Shown piece after piece: positions 55,704 to 64,000 of a stretch of 64,000 nucleotides of DNA. The position numbers and the translations under genes are program-made. The notes below the pieces were generated by a model. It was not told where the DNA came from. It ran no database searches and worked only from the letters and a program-made list of their open reading frames with translations. Source of the DNA: a virus (taxonomy: Duplodnaviria > Caudoviricetes); IMG/VR virus record IMGVR_UViG_3300042477_000769; one strand, 5' to 3'. The stretch's first letter is position 1; the number at the start of each line of letters is the position of its first letter.

Positions 55704-56921
55704 TTATAGAATAATATTCCATAACTTATTTTTATAAGGTTTTAATCTTATTGGCTGAACTAATACAGCCTCTATCCCATTGCTAAAAGCGTCTGGGATT
55801 TCCTTTCTTAATATATTATAAGAGCCATTTACATCAGCATTTATTGTTATTCCAGATTTAGATCTAAATAAACCTCTTGTTAATCTTCTTCCCATATATT
55901 TTTTATGCTTTTTAATAGACTCTAAATCTAGAAAACTACATTTACTAGTATAGCTTTCTTCTCTCTCTACAATATCTATTCCCTCTAAAGCACATTTATA
56001 TTTTAACATCTCAAAAAATTTCCGATGTGGAATATTGACAAAATTTTGATTATTTTTATCACCCATATTAGTCTCTTGTTTCCAGGATTTATTGTGTCCG
56101 ATAACTAATTTAGACACTCCATGAGAAACTAAATGATTAACTAAATATCGGCTAGCTTTATGCATATAATCAGATATTTTATCATTTCGCTTAGAAGTAA
56201 GTTTTTTAATTTGTTTTGAAGTTTTTTGCTCTCCTGTTAATTTAGATTGTAATTCAGATCGTTTTTTATTATAAAACTGATTTATAGATTTTAATGGCCC
56301 TCCTGGAATTATAATAGGAGACCCTTTTGTAAAGGTAACTGTTGCCAAATTAGCGACTCCAGGATCTAAAGCAGCAATAACAGTACCTTTAGATTTAGTT
56401 TTTTCGGTTTTATTATAGACTATTTCAACGGTATGGTACATATCACCTGGAGTGATTCTCACTTGACAAATATCTTTATGTAGAATTTTTGTTGGTAATG
56501 GTAATTCTGCAATCCCAGAAGGTGACATTTTTTTCTTAGATATGGCTTGAGAAGTAAAAATTAATAAATTTCTACCTTTAGTTTTATGCTTAAAACCTGG
56601 TAATTTTGGAGTAGAAGTAAATTTACTAGGGTTCTTCTTAAAAGATTTAAGGGCTTTAAAAAAGTTTTTAAAAGCATTATCAACTTGAATTAATACATGT
56701 TGAGCGACTTTAGCTGGTAAAGCTCGATAATCTATTTGTTTTTCTAAAGCGAACTGCTTATCTAAGGCATGATATCCTAGGTAAGTTCTAGTCATTTCAA
56801 AATGTTTTCTAAATGCATAGACAGCAGAATTATAAAGATTCTTTGATAAAAACAACTTATAATCAATAAGTTTTCCTTTGAAGGATTTTTTATTTATTCT
56901 ATGTCTTTCTACTAACTGCAT
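55704..56921 (-). CDS. tnpB: TnpB with rearranged RuvC-II (track marks it +; it is -)
   Basis: MQLVERH start, ALDPGV, VIGHN..WKQ, REESYTS, NADVNG. Confidence 0.88.
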   Translation of the reverse strand: MQLVERHRINKKSFKGKLIDYKLFLSKNLYNSAVYAFRKHFEMTRTYLGYHALDKQFALEKQIDYRALPAKVAQHVLIQVDNAFKNFFKALKSFKKNPSKFTSTPKLPGFKHKTKGRNLLIFTSQAISKKKMSPSGIAELPLPTKILHKDICQVRITPGDMYHTVEIVYNKTEKTKSKGTVIAALDPGVANLATVTFTKGSPIIIPGGPLKSINQFYNKKRSELQSKLTGEQKTSKQIKKLTSKRNDKISDYMHKASRYLVNHLVSHGVSKLVIGHNKSWKQETNMGDKNNQNFVNIPHRKFFEMLKYKCALEGIDIVEREESYTSKCSFLDLESIKKHKKYMGRRLTRGLFRSKSGITINADVNGSYNILRKEIPDAFSNGIEAVLVQPIRLKPYKNKLWNIIL

Positions 56922-57031
56922 AAGTATATATACTGATATTACCTGTTTACAGAAACATTTTTCTATATTTGTCTTCTTTTATGCATAATACATATATTTA
57001 TTTACAATACTAATCATTTCACATAAGTAAT

Positions 57032-58297
57032 ATGATTAAATTATCTAGAAAAAAGTCATCTGATCCATTGCAAGAGCATTTACGGGAGACTAAATCTTTA
57101 TGGAATAAAGATGTTTCTAGTTTTATTACTAATCTAATCAATGTAAAAAAAACCATGAATGGGTCTCCTTCTAAATTTCATCCAGAAAAAGGGACTATTA
57201 AAGAACCGATTTTAGGAGATCCGCAGACATTATTGAATGGTTTAGCTAATGATTTTAGTGAAATTATTCAACATGGCAATAAAATAATTAGTGAACAATT
57301 AGAATATTCTAAAAATAGAAAAAAACCGACTGTTAAATCTCCTAGTAATTTGAGTGATGCCGTTCAAAAAGTACTTACTAGTAGCATTGAATACCAGTTA
57401 CTGGCAGAGGGATCCAATCCACTGACACGTTTTTGGACTCGGTTAAAGAATCCAATGATTGGATTTAGTGAACAGGCTGATTTACGTCGAACTCAAATTT
57501 CTATGTTAAATTCTTGCGCTGATTCTTTTTATGATTTAGATAAATTTCAAGTATTAGTAGTTAAATCTTCTAAAGAATCTATTACTGAGGCGCATAAAAA
57601 ATTAGAATCAGCGGCTCATAATTGGAATTTAGTGTATAGAATTTTTAATAAATTTAAATCAACCTCTTCTACCAATAGAGAAAATATAGTTAATACTCAA
57701 CCATCAGTTAATACTGAACTAATTAATTCTCCAGAAGATAATTCATTAAAAAATGATCTGATTAATCCAGAAATAAACATCAAGCAAATGGTGTTGGATT
57801 ATAAAAATAACATCAAATTTTTACCCGAAATTTTCATTTCTAATGAATTAGATGTTGCGGTAGATAAATTTATTTCTAGTCGAGGAAAGAAAGTTGATCT
57901 TGATTTAGATAAATTATATTATCAAGCGATTGCTCAAGTAAATGAACAGTTAAAAACGGATTTTCATTCTTTCCAAGAAATTGGAGATTTCTTTAAAAAA
58001 TCTTCTTCTATGGAAGAAAATATGATTGAAAAGAAAGCTCAAGACTTTCTAAAAAAGTGGTTAGGCAAAACTAAGCATCAATTAAATTTTTTAAATCCAG
58101 GGACCTCTAACTTTAGATTAAATTGCTTTAAAGAAGCGGAAAATATTAAATCTGATCTAAATAAGATAATGAATATTTTAGAAGATTCTATTAATGTCGA
58201 AGAGTTAGAACCTCTAATGAAATCTGTGAATTCTAATTTTGCTAGTCTAAAAGGACTCATGAGTTCCTTATATTTATCCTCTAGGCCCAACAAATGA
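57032..58297 (+). CDS. Hypothetical helical protein
   Basis: 421 aa ORF. Confidence 0.75.
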   Translation: MIKLSRKKSSDPLQEHLRETKSLWNKDVSSFITNLINVKKTMNGSPSKFHPEKGTIKEPILGDPQTLLNGLANDFSEIIQHGNKIISEQLEYSKNRKKPTVKSPSNLSDAVQKVLTSSIEYQLLAEGSNPLTRFWTRLKNPMIGFSEQADLRRTQISMLNSCADSFYDLDKFQVLVVKSSKESITEAHKKLESAAHNWNLVYRIFNKFKSTSSTNRENIVNTQPSVNTELINSPEDNSLKNDLINPEINIKQMVLDYKNNIKFLPEIFISNELDVAVDKFISSRGKKVDLDLDKLYYQAIAQVNEQLKTDFHSFQEIGDFFKKSSSMEENMIEKKAQDFLKKWLGKTKHQLNFLNPGTSNFRLNCFKEAENIKSDLNKIMNILEDSINVEELEPLMKSVNSNFASLKGLMSSLYLSSRPNK

Positions 58298-58647
58298 AAG
58301 AAGGATTCATCTATATTGAAGAATATATATTTCCAACCTTGTTAGCTGTTTCTGCGGAAGAACAAGCTCAAGGATTGATGTATCAAAAGTGGCCTCCACC
58401 AGTAATGACTTTTATCTATAAACATGCTAGTAATAACAAATTTTGGATGAAAAATACTCCTAGTCCGTTAGATATTTTATTCTGTTATCAAGGTAGAATA
58501 AAACAAATTCATCATGGAGAGCCGTTCTCTACTGCTATTATTGGCGATAATAGTTTAAGTGATTTAGTAATTGAATTACCTCACGGAACAGTTGATAAGT
58601 ATGGGTTTAAAGTGGGCCATAAAGTTGGATTAATTTTTCCGAATTGA
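58294..58647 (+). CDS. DUF192 family protein
   Basis: QGLMY, FWMKNTPSPLDILF, VIEL. Confidence 0.85.
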   Translation: MKEGFIYIEEYIFPTLLAVSAEEQAQGLMYQKWPPPVMTFIYKHASNNKFWMKNTPSPLDILFCYQGRIKQIHHGEPFSTAIIGDNSLSDLVIELPHGTVDKYGFKVGHKVGLIFPN

Positions 58648-58701
58648 TTATTTAAAAATTAATTTTTAAATTCAACCGCGTTTTTTAAACGATGGCATCC
58701 C

Positions 58702-58729
58702 TTGCCAACGTATTTATACTGTTTATCTT
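58702..58729 (+). promoter_or_regulatory. Sigma70-like promoter preceded by a 22-bp palindrome (58650-58671)
   Basis: TTGCCA-16 nt-TATCTT; ATTTAAAAATT/AATTTTTAAAT. Confidence 0.45.
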
Positions 58730-58742
58730 ATACAGACGCCAC

Positions 58743-59744
58743 ATGGAAATAGTTAATAATTTCAATACATTACTTAGGGCATTTAAAATTGATGCTAATT
58801 GCATTAATTACAAACAAATAGATAATTATTTTTATTATGATATTAAACTAAATCACAAAACTAAAGTAAAAGATCTCCAGAAATATGGAGACGAACTATC
58901 GTTAGCCTTAAAAACTCCATGTAAACCAAGTTTGAAGGTACTTCATCATGACGGAATTGTTCGTTTAGAGTTTGCCTCTCCTAGGTCTACTAAATTAAAT
59001 CTCTTCGATCTATTCTCTAATAGATCCTTACCTAAAGGACAAGTTAATTGTTTGCTTGGTCAATCAGTAGATGGTAAAAAAATATGGATGGATTTGGCGC
59101 AGAACCCGCATTTGATAGTAGCAGGTACTACTGGCTCTGGCAAAAGTACTTTAATTCATACCATTATTGCAAATTTATTTAATTATAATGATGTAGATGT
59201 GATCTTAGTTGATCCAAAAGGAATTGAATTCATAGCTTATGAAAAAGCTTTTCCTAATATTGAAATTATTTATACTTATCAACAAGCTTTAAGTATGTTA
59301 TCGGCGGTTTATGAGACCATGGAATTTCGATACTCTAGAATGCGAGCCGGAGTATCCTTAGATAATTTCAAAAATCTCATTATTATTATTGATGAATTTG
59401 CTGATCTCATCATGCAAGATGAAGGAAATGAATTATATTCAGTGTTATTAAAACTTTCTCAAAAATGTCGAGCTGCCCGTATCAATATCATTTTAGCAAC
59501 TCAACGCCCCTCCGTCAAGATTATTGACGGAAATATCAAAGCCAATTTTCCGGCTCGTATTTGCTGTCGAGTAGCCAGCCACGTAGATTCCAAAGTGGTA
59601 TTTGATTCTGTTGGTGCGGAAAATTTATTAGGTAATGGAGATGCAATGTTAAGAGATAACTTTAGAAGTATGGAGCGATTTCAAGTCGCCTATACTAATC
59701 CGGCTGAAATTATTTCGTATTTTGGAAATAATCATGGATTTTAA
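58743..59744 (+). CDS. ftsK: FtsK/SpoIIIE motor-domain protein (no membrane domain)
   Basis: PHLIVAGTTGSGKS, DPKG, IDEFADL, ATQRP, LLGNGD. Confidence 0.9.
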   Translation: MEIVNNFNTLLRAFKIDANCINYKQIDNYFYYDIKLNHKTKVKDLQKYGDELSLALKTPCKPSLKVLHHDGIVRLEFASPRSTKLNLFDLFSNRSLPKGQVNCLLGQSVDGKKIWMDLAQNPHLIVAGTTGSGKSTLIHTIIANLFNYNDVDVILVDPKGIEFIAYEKAFPNIEIIYTYQQALSMLSAVYETMEFRYSRMRAGVSLDNFKNLIIIIDEFADLIMQDEGNELYSVLLKLSQKCRAARINIILATQRPSVKIIDGNIKANFPARICCRVASHVDSKVVFDSVGAENLLGNGDAMLRDNFRSMERFQVAYTNPAEIISYFGNNHGF

Positions 59745-60960
59745 TTCTTTAATTGATCAATTCCTTCAAAAACATTCTCAAGGAATTAATTCTTTAATTA
59801 GTAAATATTTTGACGGAACCACTCAATCCTTAGAAAAAGTTTTAAGACAGGAGCTGCATTTAACTTGTCAAGATTATTTTAGCAAATCTGATTCTAAAAT
59901 AGAAAATTTATTTCCTTTGTTATTTTACACCACCAATAGTATTTGTAAGAAAATATCTTCCTCTCAAACTGCCAATAAAAGTAATTTAATTTGTCCTGGT
60001 TGTTTGTTTTTAGGAACAACACATGTTGTTACAGAACATAACCTGTTATGTTCCTGTTCACAATGTGCTCAAAAAGTATCACAAACATTCGACCCTAAAA
60101 TGAAACACTTTTTTCAAGTGTTTGCTAAACATCATAAAATAGGATTTAGATGCCATGAGTGTCAGCGTTTTATTCCACAGTCTCATATTAATGGGACAAA
60201 TATCTCTTGCCCTTATTTGGATTGTTCTTTTGTTGGCGCCAGTGATTCCCTCCATCGGATGCATCATCCAAAAACAAAAAACAAAATAGATTTTTCCATC
60301 ATAGATGGAATTCTTCCAGAAAAAATAGAAGAAAAATCAATTCGTCATCTTAAAGATATAATTGAATCCCAGAAAAATAACTCCCCGTATAAGAGTTACG
60401 GATCTACTCTACACCATAAATATTTATGTTACCAGGCATATGCGAATATTCTGGATAAATACCCAGAACAATTAACTAATTATTTATTAAATAATAGTCG
60501 TACGGGTGGATTCCAATCTAAATTATTTCAAGAATATATTCGTTTACTAGAGCAATCTCTACCTTTTTCTATCAAAAAAGAAAATAAGTACCATGTAATT
60601 TCTTCTTTATTAGATCCTAATTTGAATTTATTTGATGGTATTAGTGAATTTACAGCGACTGTTAACCAAAAATTAGAAATTAAAAATAATACTCAGGAAT
60701 TCTATATTGGTGGTAGAAAGGGATCAATTGCAGAACCTTTTTATATGGGCAAGATTCTATCTATTATAGATAAAAATACTTCCCAGTGTTATATGGAAAA
60801 TATAATAGAGTATTCTTTTTCAACTATCAAGTTAAAAAATATTAAGCCAGAAACCGTTGTAATAGTTTCTCATTTAAGAATACCTCCGCATTATCAAATG
60901 AATGGCATGGTATATATTAACAGGATTAGAAAAAGTATTATTGACGAGGCAAAAAAATGA
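59734..60960 (+). CDS. Hypothetical protein with multiple CxxC motifs
   Basis: CPGC, CSQC, CHEC, CPYLDC. Confidence 0.7.
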   Translation: MDFNSLIDQFLQKHSQGINSLISKYFDGTTQSLEKVLRQELHLTCQDYFSKSDSKIENLFPLLFYTTNSICKKISSSQTANKSNLICPGCLFLGTTHVVTEHNLLCSCSQCAQKVSQTFDPKMKHFFQVFAKHHKIGFRCHECQRFIPQSHINGTNISCPYLDCSFVGASDSLHRMHHPKTKNKIDFSIIDGILPEKIEEKSIRHLKDIIESQKNNSPYKSYGSTLHHKYLCYQAYANILDKYPEQLTNYLLNNSRTGGFQSKLFQEYIRLLEQSLPFSIKKENKYHVISSLLDPNLNLFDGISEFTATVNQKLEIKNNTQEFYIGGRKGSIAEPFYMGKILSIIDKNTSQCYMENIIEYSFSTIKLKNIKPETVVIVSHLRIPPHYQMNGMVYINRIRKSIIDEAKK

Positions 60961-61391
60961 AAAAGCGTAAAGGAATTATTAAAGTTAATTTATCTTCTCC
61001 GATTTTAGCACGAACTCGGTGCCCTTATTGTAAAGGATTGCCTAATTCCTATTTCTGCATCTCTAATAAATTAATAGATTTTTCTCCTAGAAACATAATT
61101 GATACTTTTGAATTCTTTAAAGATGATATCATTGCCTCTTATCAAACTTCTCACTATTACTATTTTAGCCCTAAAAATTTCACTAGTGTAACTGATTTTT
61201 CTCATCAACCATTCTATAAAAACTATAGAATAGGTAGTCATAGCCTGCATAAAGATGCAGATCTAATTAATAACAATATTACTGAATATTTATCTTGTAA
61301 CTGTCAGCAATCTAGATGGGGTTTTAAATTTAAAACGATGTCTGGCAGGCCAGACATTTATATGAGAAAATCTAAAAAATCATTTCCGTAA
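60957..61391 (+). CDS. Hypothetical protein
   Basis: CPYC...CNC. Confidence 0.6.
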   Translation: MKKRKGIIKVNLSSPILARTRCPYCKGLPNSYFCISNKLIDFSPRNIIDTFEFFKDDIIASYQTSHYYYFSPKNFTSVTDFSHQPFYKNYRIGSHSLHKDADLINNNITEYLSCNCQQSRWGFKFKTMSGRPDIYMRKSKKSFP

Positions 61392-61826
61392 ATTATTTAG
61401 TGTAATAACAGATAATTTATTTTTTACTTCGGCTTCGATAGACTCAAAATTATCCGATAATTCTTCAAATAATTTCCATTGTTTGTTAATTAGCCTATAA
61501 CAAGAATAATAAGACAGTCGAGCGACCGTGTTATAGTAATCTTTACTAGCATATTTTAAATGCTCTGGCGCTAACGTATTGGAAAAAAAGATCCAATCTC
61601 CCAAGTTTTGATAAGTATTAAAATCGTGGCGATGTCTAGCTTGAGAAAATAAAAGCGTTACACTTTCTTTAGATAAATCTAAAGAGGCACTTTTATATTT
61701 ACCATATATGCTAACAATATATGACCGAGTGTCGTATTGACAGTTTATATCTTTTAATAGTTCGTTAAAAAAATCTGTAATATTGTCGTGACAATACATA
61801 CAAATATGTGTTAATATTGCAAACAA
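61380..61826 (-). CDS. Hypothetical protein
   Basis: YQNLGDWIFF...YY...LFEELSDNF. Confidence 0.6.
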   Translation of the reverse strand: MFAILTHICMYCHDNITDFFNELLKDINCQYDTRSYIVSIYGKYKSASLDLSKESVTLLFSQARHRHDFNTYQNLGDWIFFSNTLAPEHLKYASKDYYNTVARLSYYSCYRLINKQWKLFEELSDNFESIEAEVKNKLSVITLNNLRK

Positions 61827-61869
61827 GTCACATAAAATAACAATTCTAACTCCAGAATGGTAGCATCAT

Positions 61870-63672
61870 ATGAGTAGTTCAAAAACATTAGTAATTGTAG
61901 AATCTCCTTCCAAGGCTGATAAAATACAGTCTTATTTAGGTAAAGATTATATTGTACTGGCTAGTAAAGGGCATATTACAGATTTAGCCAAGGGTGGAAA
62001 ACATGGTTTAGGAGTAGATGTAGATAATAATTTTAAGCCTCATTATGTGTTAATGGAAGATAAACTATCTATTTTAGATAATCTTTTGCAAGCTGCTAAA
62101 AAAGTAGATAAAATTTTAGTCGCTAGCGACCCTGATCGAGAAGGCGAAGCGATTGCTTGGCATCTAGCTCAACGATTAGATGGGACAGATAAACCTATTA
62201 AACGAATGGTTTTTAATGAAATTAAAAAAGATAAATTACTCAAATCTGTTAAAGATGTGAGAGATATTGATTTAAATCTCTTTCATTCTCAAGAAGCTAG
62301 GAGAATATTAGACCGTTTAGTTGGGTTTATGGCTTCTCCATTTTTAATGAATTTCTTTGGCCCCAAACTCTCCGCAGGAAGAGTGCAGTCAGTAGTGACT
62401 CGTATGGTAATTGATAGAGAAAGAGAGATTGAATCTTTTACTCCAGAAGATTTTTGGACTATTCAAACTACGTTAACTACTAAAAATAAAGAAAGTTTCA
62501 CTGCAAAATATACTCAAAAAATAACTGATGCTGCCACTGCAGATCAGGTGAAAAAAGAATTGTTATCTTCTGACTATATAATTTCAGAAGTTCTTAGCAA
62601 AGAAGAGAAAGTATATCCTCAGCCACCGTTAGTAACTTCTACTTTACAACGAATTATGTCTAAAAATCATGGTTTTGGAGCAGAAAAAACCATGAAAGCA
62701 GCGCAAGCGTTATATGAATCAGGTTATTGCACCTATATTAGAACCGACTCTGTCAGAGTCGGAGATGAGGCTTTACAAGAAGTTAGGCAATGGTTAGCCG
62801 ATAATACTTATGAAGTTCCTAAAAAACCTTATACCTATAAGAATAAAGATGCCGCTCAGGACGCTCATGAATGTATTCGACCTTCAGATTTAACCTTATT
62901 GCCAGGGCAGAATTATGCTATTCTAGATCCTGATGAAAAATTAGTGTATGAAACTATTTGGAAATATTTTGTAGCAAGTCAAATGATGCCGGCCGTGTAT
63001 GATACGCTGTCTGTCACGGCTCATCCTATTAATAATAGTAATTTTAAAGTTAAAGCCAGCGGTAAAGCTTTGAAAATAAAAGGATATATGGAGATTTTAG
63101 GAGTACAAGATGCTAATAGTATTGATATTCCTAACTTAGCAGTTAACGATCTCGTTTCCTTAGTTGGAAAAAATCCGGTGAAAGTAGATAAAAAGCAAAC
63201 TCAACCGCCCCCACGATTTTCAGAAGATAAGCTAATTAAGGAATTAGTTAATAAAAATATTGGTCGGCCCGCTACTTATGCGGACTTATTAAGTAAAATT
63301 ACGGCAAGAAATTATGTAGAAAAAAAGGGGAATGTTTACCACGCTACCGAATTAGGTAAGAAAATAACCGATGAATTAATTAGGTATTTTTCTTTCATGG
63401 ATTATGATTATACTGCCAAGATGGAATCTCAATTAGATGAGGTGGAGTCGGGTAAAATTAATCATTTAGATATGTTAAAACAATTCTTCCCCGCTTTCAA
63501 ACAAGAATTAAATAACGCTTATGTCAACCATGGCAGTACATTGTGCGACAAGTGCGGAAGTCCTATGGCGGTTAGAAACACTAAAACGGGGGAAAAGTTT
63601 TTAGGATGTTCTAGTTATCCTAAATGTAAAAATACGTTAGAGTTAACACATAACAAGAAAGAACGAGTATAA
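61870..63672 (+). CDS. topA: DNA topoisomerase I (type IA)
   Basis: VESPSKA, DPDREGE, SAGRVQS, TYIRTDS, GIGRP-like NIGRPATY, C-terminal Zn ribbon. Confidence 0.96.
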   Translation: MSSSKTLVIVESPSKADKIQSYLGKDYIVLASKGHITDLAKGGKHGLGVDVDNNFKPHYVLMEDKLSILDNLLQAAKKVDKILVASDPDREGEAIAWHLAQRLDGTDKPIKRMVFNEIKKDKLLKSVKDVRDIDLNLFHSQEARRILDRLVGFMASPFLMNFFGPKLSAGRVQSVVTRMVIDREREIESFTPEDFWTIQTTLTTKNKESFTAKYTQKITDAATADQVKKELLSSDYIISEVLSKEEKVYPQPPLVTSTLQRIMSKNHGFGAEKTMKAAQALYESGYCTYIRTDSVRVGDEALQEVRQWLADNTYEVPKKPYTYKNKDAAQDAHECIRPSDLTLLPGQNYAILDPDEKLVYETIWKYFVASQMMPAVYDTLSVTAHPINNSNFKVKASGKALKIKGYMEILGVQDANSIDIPNLAVNDLVSLVGKNPVKVDKKQTQPPPRFSEDKLIKELVNKNIGRPATYADLLSKITARNYVEKKGNVYHATELGKKITDELIRYFSFMDYDYTAKMESQLDEVESGKINHLDMLKQFFPAFKQELNNAYVNHGSTLCDKCGSPMAVRNTKTGEKFLGCSSYPKCKNTLELTHNKKERV

Positions 63673-63678
63673 AACAAT

Positions 63679-64000
63679 ATGAAAGAAGACGTGAATAATT
63701 CTAGTTATCTAACTCCCGATATACTAGAAAGCCAGGAGCATTTATCGACAGAAATTCTGGCTAAAATGCATCCTTCGGGAAAATGGTCTAATCCAACTTT
63801 ACCTAGACCTCCATCAAATTTTGTTGATTTGATGAATTGGGCCGTCGAATCCTTTGGACCAGCATTAAAAGACCATGCCGTTTTGAATAAATTTATTCAA
63901 AATAGAATTATTATTGATGGGCAGTTCTTGCATTTTTGTCAAGAACATAATGTCACCGTAGAATGTCTATATAAAGATTCTATTATTTCTTGGCAAACAG
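63679..64000 (+). CDS. Hypothetical protein, 3' truncated by window
   Basis: ATG 63679, frame open to window end. Confidence 0.6.
   Translation, partial: MKEDVNNSSYLTPDILESQEHLSTEILAKMHPSGKWSNPTLPRPPSNFVDLMNWAVESFGPALKDHAVLNKFIQNRIIIDGQFLHFCQEHNVTVECLYKDSIISWQT

Noticed and set aside
10372-56921. + strand labels for ORFs 10372, 20698, 26558, 36508 and 55704 in the track
   Set aside because: Their translations match the reverse complement (e.g. 56921 reads ATG CAG TTA on -)
58650-58671. dif-like site beside ftsK
   Set aside because: Pure A/T palindrome with no XerC/D arm similarity
1-64000. Eukaryotic giant virus (NCLDV) origin suggested by PARP, NRS/ER and repeat proteins
   Set aside because: tmRNA, IF3, HU, DksA, ClpP, TopA, rIIA/B, SD sequences and sigma70 promoters indicate a bacterial host

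Overview
AT-rich segment of a very large (jumbo/huge) tailed bacteriophage genome, mostly + strand, standard genetic code. Bacterial-type sigma70 promoters, tmRNA, IF3, HU, DksA, TopA and rIIA/rIIB argue against a eukaryotic giant virus. It is an accessory/host-takeover region with no recognisable structural or replication core genes. Contents: a WGR-regulatory-catalytic PARP and macro-domain proteins; DenV-like glycosylase and Ung; 21 paralogues of a 22-aa HREDGPA-repeat family in two clusters (5.0-10.4 kb, 23.8-28.1 kb); tRNA-Arg(UCU) inside a locus with six dispersed 32-36 nt CRISPR-like hairpin repeats, interrupted by an IS605-type tnpB element; two MoxR-like AAA ATPases and a metallopeptidase-VWA partner; PurA; RNA repair/translation rescue genes (Pnk, RNA ligase, nucleotidyltransferase, Thg1-like, tmRNA, Pth2, IF3); a glycosylation cluster; a ClpR-like/ClpP pair; FtsK; TopA; three tnpB genes of different clades plus an IS left-end scar; and five free-standing homing-type endonucleases. 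Five ORFs marked + in the supplied track (10372, 20698, 26558, 36508, 55704) are actually on the - strand. All functional calls come from motif recognition by eye; no searches or folding programs were run.
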